From Terriglobales bacterium (lineage in GTDB: Bacteria; Acidobacteriota; Terriglobia; Terriglobales; SCQP01), in NCBI GenBank assembly GCA_035531375.1, contig DATKSZ010000063.1, positions 66,021-130,020 of the forward strand: a DNA stretch of 64,000 bases, read 5' to 3'. Shown in pieces: positions 24,670 to 34,401 of the stretch. The first letter of the stretch is position 1. Every line of letters starts with the position of its first letter. Both the position numbers and the translations under genes were made by a program. The notes under the pieces were generated by a model. That model had not been told where the DNA came from and ran no database searches. It saw only the letters and a list, made by a program, of their open reading frames with translations.

Positions 24670-27531
24670 CTACATCAGGGGGGCGACTTTTTCGACGGAA
24701 AAGGCCTCGATCACATCGCCCTGCTTGATGTCGCTGAAGTTGGCGACGCTGGCGCCGCACTCCATGCCGGTGCGGACCTCGCTGGCGTCCTCCTTGAAGC
24801 GGCGCAGGGAACTGAGCTTGCTGGTGTAGACCACGGCGCCGTCGCGCAGCACCCGCACTTGGGCGTCGCGCAAGAGCTTGCCCTCCTTGACCAGGCAGCC
24901 GGCGATGGTGCCCGCCTTGGGGATGCGGAAGGTTTTCTGCACCTCGGCGCGGCCCAGCACGGTCTCCTTGAACGTGGGTTCGAGCAGGCCGTGCATGGCC
25001 TTCTGAATCTCGTCGGTGAGCTCGTAGATGATGGAGTGGGAGCGAATGTCCACCTTTTCCTGCTCGGCCAGGTCGGTGGCCTTGCGCTCGGGGCGGACAT
25101 TGAAGCCGATGATGACGGCGTGGGAGGCGGAGGCGAGCAGCACGTCGGTCTCGGTGATGGCGCCGACGCCGGAGTGAATGATGCGCAGCTTGACCTTGTC
25201 GGTGGAGAGCTTGGAGAGGGTGTCCACCAGCACCTCCTCGGAGCCCTGCACGTCGGCCTTGATGATGAGGTTCAGTTCCTTGACATCGCCGCGGGCGAGC
25301 TGCTGGCTGAGGGCCTCGAGGTTGAGGCGGGCGGAGCGGGCGAGGGTGGCGTCGCGCACCTTTTCCTCGCGGAAGAGCACGATTTGCTTGGCCTTGTAGC
25401 GGTCGTTGACCACCAGCCAACTGTCGCCGGCGTCGGGCATGCCGTCGAGGCCGAGCACCTCCACCGGGGTGGAGGGGCCAGCCGACTCCAGCGGCTGGCC
25501 GCGGTCGTCGAACATGGCGCGCACGCGGCCCATGACCGAGCCCAGGATCAGGGTGTCGCTGGGGCGGAGCGTGCCGCTTTGCACCAGCAGGCGGGCCACC
25601 GGGCCGCGGCCGCGGTCGAGCTGGGCCTCCAGCACTACGCCCTGGGCGGGGCGGTCGGGGTCGGCCTTGAGGTCTTGCAGGTCGCTGACCAGCAGGATCA
25701 TCTCCAGCAGCAGATTGAGATTGGTCTTGGCCTTGGCGCTGACGTTGACCATGACGGTGGAACCGCCCCAATCCTCGGCCAGCAGGCCGCGGTCGCCCAA
25801 CTGTTTCTTCACCCGGTCGGGCTGGGCGTCGGGCTTGTCCACCTTGTTGATGGCCACCACGATGGGCACGCCGGCGGCCTTGGCGTGGTCGATCGCCTCC
25901 AGGGTTTGGGGCATGACGCCGTCGTCGGCGGCGACCACCAGCACCACGATGTCGGTGACCTTGGCGCCGCGGGCGCGCATGCGGGTGAAGGCGGCGTGGC
26001 CGGGGGTGTCGATGAAGACCACTTGGCGGCCGAAGGCGGGCGAGTCGCGGTCGGTGATCTGGATTTTGTAGGCGCCGATGTGCTGGGTGATGCCGCCGGC
26101 CTCGCCGCTGGCGACGCTGGTGAGGCGGATGGCATCGAGCAGCGAAGTCTTGCCGTGGTCCACGTGGCCCATGATGGTGACCACCGGGGCGCGGGGGCGG
26201 AGATTGGCGGATTCCTTGGGCGGGGCGAGCTCGCCCTCGGCGGGGGCGGCGGCCTCGGCGGGCTGGATTTCGCCCAGGGCCTCCTGCTCGAAGGAGATGG
26301 TCTTGGCCTCGGCGCCGAAGTCGCGGGCGATCTGGGTGGCGATCTCGGTGTCGAGCGACTGGTTGACGGTGACCATCAGGCCGCGGTCGAGGAGCTTGCG
26401 GATGACGTCCTTGGCGCGCAGGCCGAGGCGCTCGGAGAGTTCCTTGACGGTGAGGCCCTCGCTGATGGTGATGGAGGTGGCGGTGGCCATGGGGCCGGCG
26501 GGCACAGCGCGGGCGGCGGGCGAAAACTTTTGCGCGCCTTCCTTGGAGCGGGGCTCGCGGCGGCCGTAGTGGGCGCCGCGGGGGGGGAGGTCGCGACCGC
26601 CGCCCGGACGGGTGGGGTGCATGGGGCGGCGGCCCTCGGGCACCACGCCGGTGGGGCGGGCGAGGCCGGCACGGGCGCCGGCGGCGGGCGGACGCTGGTA
26701 GATGGGACGGCCGGGGGCGGGGCCGGCGAGGGGCTGGCCGGGGGTGGGGTGCAGCGGGCGCTCGGGGGCGATGTAGGTGGGCCGCTGGGGCGCCACGGGC
26801 ACGATCAGGCGGCGGCCGACGGGAGCGCCCGGGGTGGCAGCGCCCGGGGCGGGGGCACCCGCAGCGGGGGAGATATTGAGCTGGGGTCGGCGGACGGTGG
26901 GAGAGGGCGCGGGCGCGCTCGGCGGGGCGGCGGCGGCACCGCCGGGAACAAAGGGGCGGAAGGGCTGCACCGGCTGCGCCGGGCGGGGCACGTAGGCAGC
27001 GGCGGGGGCGTGCGGCGGCGGCGCCGGGCGCACCGGGGCTGCGAGGCGGGGCTCGGGCGGAGCCGGGACCGGGGCCGGCGGAGGGGGAGCCAGCACCGCA
27101 GCCGGCGGCGGGGGCGGCGGCGGAGCCGCGGGCGCATGCACCGGGGCGCGATAGGTGGGCCGCTCGGGGGCGACCGGGAGCTTGGGGGCGGCCGGGGCGC
27201 TGGGCGCGGCGGGGGCGGCCTTGCGCAAACCGGAAGCCCGCGCCGGCGCCGGCGCGGGCGCAGCCTCGACCACGGGCGCGGGCGCAGGGGCCGCCACCGG
27301 GGCGGGGGCGGCCACGGGGGGCGGCTCCGGCGGCGGGGCGGCGGCGGGGGTGGCGAGGGCTTCGGGGGCCTCGCCCCGGAGGTGGCGGCGCACCTTCTCG
27401 GCGAAGTCCTCCTCCACCGCGCTGGAGTGGGTGATGTGCTCGGTGAAACCGACGGCGGTCAGCGCGTCAAGGATGACCTTTGACTTGACCTCCAACTCGC
27501 GGGCGAGAATATTGATGCGGATTTTTCCCAT
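24670..27531 (-). CDS. infB: translation initiation factor IF-2
   Basis: The G domain carries [21 protein letters not shown] and NKVDK. The N-terminus is long and Pro/Ala-rich. Length is 953 aa. Confidence 0.95.
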   Translation of the reverse strand: MGKIRINILARELEVKSKVILDALTAVGFTEHITHSSAVEEDFAEKVRRHLRGEAPEALATPAAAPPPEPPPVAAPAPVAAPAPAPVVEAAPAPAPARASGLRKAAPAAPSAPAAPKLPVAPERPTYRAPVHAPAAPPPPPPPAAVLAPPPPAPVPAPPEPRLAAPVRPAPPPHAPAAAYVPRPAQPVQPFRPFVPGGAAAAPPSAPAPSPTVRRPQLNISPAAGAPAPGAATPGAPVGRRLIVPVAPQRPTYIAPERPLHPTPGQPLAGPAPGRPIYQRPPAAGARAGLARPTGVVPEGRRPMHPTRPGGGRDLPPRGAHYGRREPRSKEGAQKFSPAARAVPAGPMATATSITISEGLTVKELSERLGLRAKDVIRKLLDRGLMVTVNQSLDTEIATQIARDFGAEAKTISFEQEALGEIQPAEAAAPAEGELAPPKESANLRPRAPVVTIMGHVDHGKTSLLDAIRLTSVASGEAGGITQHIGAYKIQITDRDSPAFGRQVVFIDTPGHAAFTRMRARGAKVTDIVVLVVAADDGVMPQTLEAIDHAKAAGVPIVVAINKVDKPDAQPDRVKKQLGDRGLLAEDWGGSTVMVNVSAKAKTNLNLLLEMILLVSDLQDLKADPDRPAQGVVLEAQLDRGRGPVARLLVQSGTLRPSDTLILGSVMGRVRAMFDDRGQPLESAGPSTPVEVLGLDGMPDAGDSWLVVNDRYKAKQIVLFREEKVRDATLARSARLNLEALSQQLARGDVKELNLIIKADVQGSEEVLVDTLSKLSTDKVKLRIIHSGVGAITETDVLLASASHAVIIGFNVRPERKATDLAEQEKVDIRSHSIIYELTDEIQKAMHGLLEPTFKETVLGRAEVQKTFRIPKAGTIAGCLVKEGKLLRDAQVRVLRDGAVVYTSKLSSLRRFKEDASEVRTGMECGASVANFSDIKQGDVIEAFSVEKVAPLM

Positions 27532-27572
27532 TCGTCTGTGCTCGAATCTACTGCTGCGCTAAGCCCCGCGGC

Positions 27573-29162
27573 TTAGAGACTCTTCTCCGGCGGCTCGCCG
27601 GGCGGATGCGGCTGCCCGCTCTCGGCCTGGCTGGCTTGCTCCAGCCCGGCCTCGGCGGCGCCCGCCTCCTCGGCGCGGCTGGCTTCGGCCCCGGCCGCGG
27701 CCGAATCGGCCGCGGGCTCCAGGCCGTCGCGGGCGGGGAGTTCGGCGGCGTCGGCCAGGGGGGCGTCCAACACCCCGCGCTGCTGCTCCGCCTCCCATTC
27801 CTGCCCGGTGCGGTCGAGTTCGTTCTCCGGCGTCTCCGTCAGCGCCGGGGCGGCGGGGGACTCGCCCGCCGCCGTGGCGCTGGCATCCACCATAGCGCCA
27901 AAGAACTGGTTGACGGCGACAAAGATTTTCTCCACCGCCTTGGGGCCGATGCCCGGAATCTGCTGCAACTGCTCCGGGGTCTGGCTGCCCAACTGCTCGA
28001 CGCTGCCGATGCCGGCCTGGGCCAGCGCCGCCACGATGCGCTCGCTCAGCCCCTGCAACTGCGACAGCGGGGTCTCGGCCGCCTCGCCCTCGCCCACCAG
28101 CGCCGACATCTGCTCCTCCACCTCGCGCCGCTTCTCTTCTTCGCTCTTGATGTCGATCTTCCAGCCCAGCAGCTTGGCGGCCAAGCGGACGTTCTGTCCC
28201 TTCTTGCCGATGGCCAGCGAGAGCTGGGTGTCGTCCACCACCACTTCCAAGTGATGCGCCTCGGCGTCCAAAATGCTCACCCGGCTGATCTTGGCCGGGC
28301 TGAGGGCGTTGGCGGCGAACTGCACCGGGTCGTCGTTGAACTCGATGATGTCGATCTTTTCCCCGCGCAGCTCGCGGATGATGCTTTGCACCCGCATGCC
28401 CTTCATGCCGACGCAGGCGCCGACGCAGTCCACGTCCTTGTCGCGGGAGAAGACGGCGATCTTGGTGCGCTCCCCGGCCTCGCGGGCGACGCCTTTGATC
28501 ACCACGGTGCCGTCGTAGATCTCCGGCACCTCGGCCTCGAAGAGCTTCTGCACCAGCGCCGGATCGGCGCGGGAGACGGCCACTTGGGGTCCCTTGGCGG
28601 CTTTTTCCACCCCGCGGATGACGACGCGGATGCGCTCGCCGTTGGCGAACGACTCCAGCCGCGACTGGTCGCGGCGGCCGAGGCGGCCCTCGGTGTGGCC
28701 GAGCTCCACCACCACGTCGGGGCCCTCGGTGCGCTTGACGGTGACGTTGACCACCTCGCCCACGCGGCTGATGTACTCGTTGTAGACGGTGTCGCGCTCG
28801 GCCTCGCGCACCTTCTGGAAGATGATCTGCTTGGCCATCTGGGCGGCGATGCGGCCCAGGCCCTCGGTGGACTTCTTGATGCGGACCTCGCCGCCCACCT
28901 CGGCGGCGGCGTCCAGCTCGCGCGCCTCGGCCAGCGAGATCTCGGTGGCGGGAGCGGCGACCTCCTCCACCACCTTTTTGACGGCGTAGACCGAGATCTC
29001 GCCGGTGTCCTTGTTCAGGCGCGACTCCAACTCCTCCTGGGTCTTCAGATGCTTGCGGGTGGCCGCCAAATAGGCGTCCTCGACCGCGCTGACGACCACG
29101 GCGGGGTCAATGCCCTTGTCGCGGCTGAGTTGCTCGACCTGTTGATACAATGCGCTCGCCAT
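27573..29162 (-). CDS. nusA: transcription termination/antitermination factor NusA with acidic C-terminal tail
   Basis: The N-terminal domain, S1 domain and two KH domains (GACVGMKGMRVQ, AIGKKGQNVRLA) are recognisable, in rimP-nusA-infB order. Confidence 0.95.
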   Translation of the reverse strand: MASALYQQVEQLSRDKGIDPAVVVSAVEDAYLAATRKHLKTQEELESRLNKDTGEISVYAVKKVVEEVAAPATEISLAEARELDAAAEVGGEVRIKKSTEGLGRIAAQMAKQIIFQKVREAERDTVYNEYISRVGEVVNVTVKRTEGPDVVVELGHTEGRLGRRDQSRLESFANGERIRVVIRGVEKAAKGPQVAVSRADPALVQKLFEAEVPEIYDGTVVIKGVAREAGERTKIAVFSRDKDVDCVGACVGMKGMRVQSIIRELRGEKIDIIEFNDDPVQFAANALSPAKISRVSILDAEAHHLEVVVDDTQLSLAIGKKGQNVRLAAKLLGWKIDIKSEEEKRREVEEQMSALVGEGEAAETPLSQLQGLSERIVAALAQAGIGSVEQLGSQTPEQLQQIPGIGPKAVEKIFVAVNQFFGAMVDASATAAGESPAAPALTETPENELDRTGQEWEAEQQRGVLDAPLADAAELPARDGLEPAADSAAAGAEASRAEEAGAAEAGLEQASQAESGQPHPPGEPPEKSL

Positions 29163-29180
29163 AACCTTGCCTGCTACTTT

Positions 29181-29708
29181 CTACAGCTTTTTCCCGGGCC
29201 GGCGGGGTTGCGGCCACTGCGGCGCCAACTGGGCGCGCTCGATCTGGTTCCAACCCAGCACCACGTCTTCGCCTTGATCGCCCTGCTGGGCATGCAAGCG
29301 CACGCCCTCGGGGCCGGCGCCCAACAACAGGCCGGTCCAGGAACGGGCGGCCTGGCCGGGGGCGCGGACGCGGATCTGCGCCCGCTGGCCGGCAAAGCGT
29401 TCAAAATCAGAGGGTTTGACCAAGGGCCGGTTCAGCCCGGGCGACGACACCTCGAGGGTGTAGGCGCCGGCCAGCACCTGGGCCGGGGCCTCGGCCTCGG
29501 CCTGGTCGAGGGCCGCGCTCAAGGCGCGGCTGACGCGCTCGCAATCCCCCAGGCCCACCCCGGCCGGCTGGTCGATCATAACCCGCAACAGCCGCCCCCC
29601 CCCTTCGCCCCGCAGCTCCGCTTGCACCAGCTCCAAGCCGGCGGCTGCGACCACCTGTTCCACCAGGGTCCGCCAAGCGGGGGTTTCGAGTTGTGCCTGT
29701 GCCGTCAT
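29181..29708 (-). CDS. rimP: ribosome maturation factor RimP
   Basis: LLRVMIDQPAGVGLGDCERVSRALSAALD...YTLEVSSPGLNRPL, located upstream of nusA. Confidence 0.85.
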   Translation of the reverse strand: MTAQAQLETPAWRTLVEQVVAAAGLELVQAELRGEGGGRLLRVMIDQPAGVGLGDCERVSRALSAALDQAEAEAPAQVLAGAYTLEVSSPGLNRPLVKPSDFERFAGQRAQIRVRAPGQAARSWTGLLLGAGPEGVRLHAQQGDQGEDVVLGWNQIERAQLAPQWPQPRRPGKKL

Positions 29709-29750
29709 CGGTTTTTATTTGCTTCGCCCACGACCCCAGTTGGCGCCAAC

Positions 29751-29773
29751 AAAAAAGTGGGCTCGCGCCCACT
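29751..29773 (-). terminator. intrinsic terminator-like hairpin inside the rimP-nusA-infB leader (candidate attenuator)
   Basis: The minus strand reads AGTGGGC-gcga-GCCCACT-TTTTT: a 7-bp stem, a 4-nt loop and a T-run. It lies about 30 nt downstream of a promoter-like element and about 45 nt upstream of the rimP ATG. Confidence 0.6.
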
Positions 29774-29803
29774 GTCCGCTTGCGCCCCGCTCAATCCTTC
29801 CCC

Positions 29804-29832
29804 ATGATAGCGCAATCCCGGCAGGCAAGCAA
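29804..29832 (-). promoter_or_regulatory. sigma-70-like promoter for rimP operon (TTGCTT-N17-TATCAT)
   Basis: On the minus strand, TTGCTT is the complement of 29827-29832 and TATCAT is the complement of 29804-29809. The 17-nt spacer was counted by hand. Confidence 0.4.
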
Positions 29833-29873
29833 AGGCGGAGGCAGCCCACCGAGCCGGGTGGCGGGCGGGTGTC

Positions 29874-29879
29874 TATAAT
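29874..29879 (+). promoter_or_regulatory. -10 hexamer TATAAT immediately upstream of the dGTPase gene start
   Basis: A perfect TATAAT sits 6 nt before TTG 29886 and 12 nt before ATG 29892. No Shine-Dalgarno sequence lies between them. Confidence 0.35.
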
Positions 29880-29885
29880 CGAACA

Positions 29886-31058
29886 TTGGCAATGACCCGG
29901 AGCCAGACGGTGGTGGAGACGAGCATGGCGGCCTGCGCCTTGCGGGAGCGGGACTCGCGGGGACGGCGCTACCCGGAGGCGCCCCACCCCTACCGGGGCG
30001 AGTTCCAGCGCGACCGCGACCGCATCATCCACGCCCGCGCCTTCCGGCGGCTGGAGAACAAGACCCAGGTCTTCACCCGGCGCTACTCCGACCATTTCCG
30101 CAACCGCTTGACGCACAGCCTGGAGGTGGCGCAGATCTCGCGCACCGTGGCCCAGGCGCTGGGGCTGAACAGCGAGTTGGTGGAGACGCTGGCGCTGGCC
30201 CACGACCTCGGCCACCCGCCCTTTGGCCACGCCGGCGAACACGCCCTCGACCAGGCCATGCGCCGCCAAGGCGAGCGCTTCGACCACAACCTGCAGGCGC
30301 TGCGCATCGTGGAGGAGTTCGAGGTGCGCTACGCCGCTTTTCCCGGGCTGAACCTGACGTTTGAGGTGCGGGAGGGGCTGGTGAAGCACTCCCACGACTA
30401 CGTTGCCGGGCAGCATCCGGAGTTGGCCGAGTATCTGCTCGAACTGCGGCCGCCGCTGGAGGCGCAGTTGATCGACCTCACCGACGAGATCGGCTACGGC
30501 GCCGCCGACCTGGACGACGGCTTCGAGGCCCACCTCTTGGGCATGGCGGCGATGGAGGAGCAGGTGCCCCTGTTCGCCCGCCTGGCGGCGGAGGTGGACG
30601 CCAGCTTCGGAGGGCTGCGCCCCAAGCTGCGCTTCAACGAGACGCTGAAGCGGCTGCTGGACGCGCTGGTGACCGACCTGATCGAACAGGTGGGGGAGAA
30701 AATGGCGGGGTTCGAGTCGGTGGAGGCGGTGCGGCGGCATCCGCAGCGGCTGGCCGGATTTTCGCCCGCGGTGGAGGCGGAGCGGCAGGCGCTCAAGGCC
30801 TTCCTCTACCAAAACTTGTACCACCATCCCCAACTGCTAGACGAGAACCGGCAGGCGGAGGCGATGGTGACCGCCGTGTTCGAGCATTTGCTGGCGCACC
30901 CGGAGGCGCTGCCGCCGGCCTACCGGGCCCAGGCCGAGCGGGCGCCGGCGGCGCGGGTGATCTGCGATTACCTGGCCGGCATGACCGACAGCTATATCCG
31001 GCGCCTGCACCAGCGGATGATTTCGGCAGGCGACCGCTTTCGGCTGGAGCTGGACTAG
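29886..31058 (+). CDS. dGTP triphosphohydrolase-like HD-domain protein
   Basis: Motifs FQRDRDRIIHARAFRRLENKTQVF, RLTHSLEVAQISR and HDLGHPPFGH. The start is TTG 29886 or ATG 29892. Confidence 0.85.
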   Translation: MAMTRSQTVVETSMAACALRERDSRGRRYPEAPHPYRGEFQRDRDRIIHARAFRRLENKTQVFTRRYSDHFRNRLTHSLEVAQISRTVAQALGLNSELVETLALAHDLGHPPFGHAGEHALDQAMRRQGERFDHNLQALRIVEEFEVRYAAFPGLNLTFEVREGLVKHSHDYVAGQHPELAEYLLELRPPLEAQLIDLTDEIGYGAADLDDGFEAHLLGMAAMEEQVPLFARLAAEVDASFGGLRPKLRFNETLKRLLDALVTDLIEQVGEKMAGFESVEAVRRHPQRLAGFSPAVEAERQALKAFLYQNLYHHPQLLDENRQAEAMVTAVFEHLLAHPEALPPAYRAQAERAPAARVICDYLAGMTDSYIRRLHQRMISAGDRFRLELD

Positions 31059-31612
31059 CCCAAACCCAAGGCCTTCGTTCTGCGTTTCGTCAAGATCACG
31101 GGGAAGATCGACGCTGAGCCTGAAGCCTTGGCCTCATCCATCGCATCTTCGGCCGCACGCGGGCGCACTTGGACCTCATCCAGCAGGAAAGCCTTCAATT
31201 CGTTGATCCCGCGGAAGTGGCGCGCAGGCACCGGCCCTCCCGCTCCCACGATCGGCGCATAGATCACGCGCAAGCCGTCGCCATTCCTCAAAACATGGAG
31301 AAAACCTTCCCTGGGCAGGTTCTCGCGGAGAGCCTCGACCAAGGGATCCTTCGGGCTGCGAAGCGTCATCCGCCGCGTCGGAGTGTCTTTGTCGATCCCA
31401 GACCCCTTCAATGCCTCCACGAACGCGCGGTAGGTCGTGAGCGGACCTTTGCTGTCATACCACGGGGTCGCGATCAAAAACTGCCACTCTTCGATTTGGG
31501 GAACGAAATGCCAATCCGCGAAGGTCACCGGGATTTTGCTCCGGCTCATTGCCCCGAGCACCTTGGCGCCGATCTCGCGGTCGGCTTCGTTCACCAGCGC
31601 TGAGCTATCCAT
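31055..31612 (-). CDS. hypothetical protein (185 aa), downstream partner of the HEPN gene, in the lower-GC islet
   Basis: The ORF has coding-like codon usage and I recognise no motif in it; in particular there is no GS...DxD minimal-nucleotidyltransferase signature. The ATG at 31612 overlaps the HEPN 3' end by 22 nt; an alternative ATG is at 31549. Confidence 0.5.
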   Translation of the reverse strand: MDSSALVNEADREIGAKVLGAMSRSKIPVTFADWHFVPQIEEWQFLIATPWYDSKGPLTTYRAFVEALKGSGIDKDTPTRRMTLRSPKDPLVEALRENLPREGFLHVLRNGDGLRVIYAPIVGAGGPVPARHFRGINELKAFLLDEVQVRPRAAEDAMDEAKASGSASIFPVILTKRRTKALGLG

Positions 31613-32025
31613 GTCATAAGCCCCAATCCGCCCGCATTCCCTACCGCCTCAACCATGGCGCGCCCCTGCAGCCCGCCCAGCTGGTACCGGCTCTCCACGT
31701 TCCAAGACTTCAACACGTTCCACTTGCCCGCCAAACTTGGCTGAGCCTTCGCGTCGGCCTGGAGAAGCCTATCGAGATCGGCTAGTTTTAGCAGTTCTTC
31801 CAGATTATGGGTGAAAACCTTTTGGGCGTATTGTTTGTCATAAAATCCATAGCGGCACGTGGCTTTCGCAATTCGGGCCTTCAAAGCACATTCGATGGAG
31901 AGCCCGGCAAAATAGTAAGCGCCCTCGATGCAGCCATTCCGCAACAGGATTCGGGCTTCCCTGGCGCGCAACCGCGCAAGTCGCTGGAAGTCCTTCCTGA
32001 ACATGGGATGGTGCTGGCGGGACAT
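31591..32025 (-). CDS. HEPN domain protein
   Basis: AREARILLRNGCIEGAYYFAGLSIECALKARIA...FTHNLEELLKLA...WNVESRY...MTWIAQ follows the PF05168-type HEPN helix pattern. A canonical R-x4-6-H motif is not evident. The start is ambiguous (32067, 32025 or 32004). Confidence 0.55.
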   Translation of the reverse strand: MSRQHHPMFRKDFQRLARLRAREARILLRNGCIEGAYYFAGLSIECALKARIAKATCRYGFYDKQYAQKVFTHNLEELLKLADLDRLLQADAKAQPSLAGKWNVLKSWNVESRYQLGGLQGRAMVEAVGNAGGLGLMTWIAQRW

Positions 32026-32138
32026 CCGTCGCGGGCTCGTCGAAATTATAATGGATCGCCTTGGCAAGTGGGTTGGCGCCCCACGATTGCACGGTCTCCG
32101 AAACGGCGGGTTCGCTATACTGACACTGACGGCAGGCT

Positions 32139-32621
32139 ATGAGCGAGCAAGAATCCCATCCGGAACCCGTGCTGAAGGTAAGCGACCGGCGGCATTTCAC
32201 CGAGAGCGGCGAGCGGCGCCCGGGGGTGGAGGCGAGGGCGTTCGAGGAGCGGACCGCAGCGGCGGCGCCCGCGCCCCCGGCGGCGCCCCCGCCGGCGCCC
32301 GCGGCCGCCCCGCCGCCGCCCCGGCAACAGCGCCTGGCGGCGCGCGAGATCACCTTGCTGGGCCTGCTGCAGGACCTGTATGCCACCTGCATGATGCAGT
32401 TGGGGGCGGAACTGCAGCCGGGCCAGCCCGGGCAGGTGGACCTGGAGGGGGCGCGGGAGACGATTGACCTGCTGGGAGTCTTGCAGCAAAAGACGCACGG
32501 CAACCTGGAGGCGCAGGAGTCGCGGCTGCTGGAGCAGGCGCTGTACGAACTGCGCCTGGCCTACGTCGAGGTGATGCGGGCCAGCGCGCGGGTGGCGCCG
32601 CCGCCACCGCCGCGGCGCTGA
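32139..32621 (+). CDS. DUF1844 domain protein
   Basis: The core EITLLGLLQDLYATCMMQLG...DLEGARETIDLLGVLQQKTHGNLEAQESRLLEQALYELRLAY matches the DUF1844 pattern as I remember it. Confidence 0.55.
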   Translation: MSEQESHPEPVLKVSDRRHFTESGERRPGVEARAFEERTAAAAPAPPAAPPPAPAAAPPPPRQQRLAAREITLLGLLQDLYATCMMQLGAELQPGQPGQVDLEGARETIDLLGVLQQKTHGNLEAQESRLLEQALYELRLAYVEVMRASARVAPPPPPRR

Positions 32622-32632
32622 GCGCGGCGGCG

Positions 32633-33403
32633 ATGCGGGGGCAGGTCACCATCCTGGGCTCGGGCACCTCCACCGGCGTGCCCACCCTGGGCTGCGGCTG
32701 CGCCGTCTGCCACTCCGACGATCCCCACGACCAGCGCCTGCGCCCCAGCATCTGGCTCAGCTACGGCGGCCACCAGGTGGTGGTGGACACCACCCCGGAC
32801 TTCCGCACCCAGGCGCTGCGGGCGGGCCTGCCCGGCCTGGACGCGGTGCTGTATACCCACAGCCACGCCGACCACATCATGGGGCTGGATGACATCCGGC
32901 CGTTCAACTTTGGCCGGCCGGATCCGCTGCCGGTCTATGCCAGCGCCGCCACCCTCGCCGACCTGCGGCGGGTGTACCAATATGTATTCGACGCCACCTA
33001 CACGGTGAGCGCCATTCCCCGCATCGCGGCGCACGCGATCGCGGCGCCGGTGGATCTGTTCGGGGTGGTGTTCGAGCCGCTGCCGGTGCGGCACGGCGAG
33101 CAGGAGGTGCTGGGCTTCCGCTTCGGCGCCAACGCCTACGTGACCGACTTCAGCGAGATTCCCGCGGCCAGCCTGGAACGGCTGCGGGGGCTGGACCTGC
33201 TCATCCTGGACGCGCTGCGGGTGCGGCCCCACCCCACCCACTCCCACCTGGCCAACTCGCTGCGGCTGGTGGAGGAGCTGCGGCCGCGGCGGGCCTATTT
33301 CACCCATATCGCCCACGAGTTGGGCCACGCCGCCACCGAGCGGTCGCTGCCGGCGGGGGTGCGCCTGGCCTACGACGGGCTGCGGCTGGAGGTCGAACTC
33401 TAG
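32633..33403 (+). CDS. MBL-fold metallo-hydrolase (PhnP-like)
   Basis: ILGSGTSTGVP and CGCAVC are followed by the LYTHSHADHIMGLDD metal-binding motif. Confidence 0.75.
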   Translation: MRGQVTILGSGTSTGVPTLGCGCAVCHSDDPHDQRLRPSIWLSYGGHQVVVDTTPDFRTQALRAGLPGLDAVLYTHSHADHIMGLDDIRPFNFGRPDPLPVYASAATLADLRRVYQYVFDATYTVSAIPRIAAHAIAAPVDLFGVVFEPLPVRHGEQEVLGFRFGANAYVTDFSEIPAASLERLRGLDLLILDALRVRPHPTHSHLANSLRLVEELRPRRAYFTHIAHELGHAATERSLPAGVRLAYDGLRLEVEL

Positions 33404-33404
33404 C

Positions 33405-34361
33405 ATGGAGGTGGTGCGCAGCCTGGAGGCGTGGCCGGCATGGGCAGCGGGCCGGGCCACGGTGGCCACGGTGGGCAACTTCGACGGGGTGCACCGGGCC
33501 CACCGCCAACTGCTGGCGGCGGTGCGGCGGGAGGCGGAGCAGGAGGGGGCGCTGGCGGCCGCGGTGAGCTTCGAGCCCCATCCCAGCCGCATCCTGCAGC
33601 CGGCGGCGGCGCCGCCGCTGATCACCCCGGGGGCCGAGCGCATCCGCCAGCTGGCCACCACCGGCATCGAGGCGCTGCTGCTGCTGCCGTTTTCGCGCGA
33701 GCTGTCGCTGTGGTCGGCGCGCGAGTTCGCCGAGCGGGTGCTGGTGCGCGGGCTGCGCGCGCGGGCGGTGCACGAAGGCGAGAACTTCCGCTTTGGCCAC
33801 CGCCATCTGGGCACCGTGGCGACGCTGGCGGAACTGGGGCGGGAGTTCGGCTTTGCCGTGCGGGTGCAAGCCCGGGTGGAGGCGCGGGGCGAGGTGGTGT
33901 CGAGCTCGCGCATCCGCGAGCTGGTGGCGGCGGGAGCGGTGGAGCGGGCGCGGGCGCTGCTGGGGCGCGCCTTTGCGGTGCGCGGGCCGGTGGCGGCGGG
34001 GCGGGGGGTGGGGCGGCAGCTCACCGTGCCCACGCTGAACCTGTCGCCCTACCAGGAGCTGCTGCCGGCGGCCGGTGTGTACTGCACCTGCCTGCGCCTG
34101 GGCGGGGAGTGGCGGGCGGCGCTCACCAACGTGGGGATGCGGCCGACGTTTGGGCCGGGGGGGCCGCTGACGGTGGAGACGCACGTGCTGCATCCGCCGC
34201 CGGCGGGGCTGGAGGCCCAGCCCGGCGACGAGATGGAGATCGCTTTTCTGCGGCGCTGGCGGGCGGAGCGGCGCTTCGAGGCGCCCGCGGCGCTGCGGGC
34301 GCAGATCGAGCGCGACCTCGCCTTCGCCGAGCGCTATTTTGCCAAGTTTGGGCTACGATAA
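33405..34361 (+). CDS. ribF: bifunctional riboflavin kinase / FAD synthetase
   Basis: VATVGNFDGVHRAHRQLL in the N-terminal half. The C-terminal kinase half carries GVGRQLTVPTLN and LTNVGMRPTF. Confidence 0.9.
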   Translation: MEVVRSLEAWPAWAAGRATVATVGNFDGVHRAHRQLLAAVRREAEQEGALAAAVSFEPHPSRILQPAAAPPLITPGAERIRQLATTGIEALLLLPFSRELSLWSAREFAERVLVRGLRARAVHEGENFRFGHRHLGTVATLAELGREFGFAVRVQARVEARGEVVSSSRIRELVAAGAVERARALLGRAFAVRGPVAAGRGVGRQLTVPTLNLSPYQELLPAAGVYCTCLRLGGEWRAALTNVGMRPTFGPGGPLTVETHVLHPPPAGLEAQPGDEMEIAFLRRWRAERRFEAPAALRAQIERDLAFAERYFAKFGLR

Positions 34362-34401
34362 AACAAGTGTTTGGCCTGACTTGGCTAGGAGGAGTGATTT
34401 C

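Noticed and set aside
29886-31058. The dGTPase, considered as an anti-phage nucleotide-depletion defence gene because it abuts the HEPN islet.
   Set aside because: The sequence and length fit the widespread housekeeping Dgt-like type. It has native GC content and sits next to the conserved rimP operon. Adjacency alone is not evidence.
31055-32130. The lower-GC islet, considered as a bona fide mobile element or prophage remnant.
   Set aside because: There is no integrase, transposase, tRNA target or flanking direct or inverted repeats. Only compositional deviation supports foreign origin, so it is reported as an islet rather than a mobile element.
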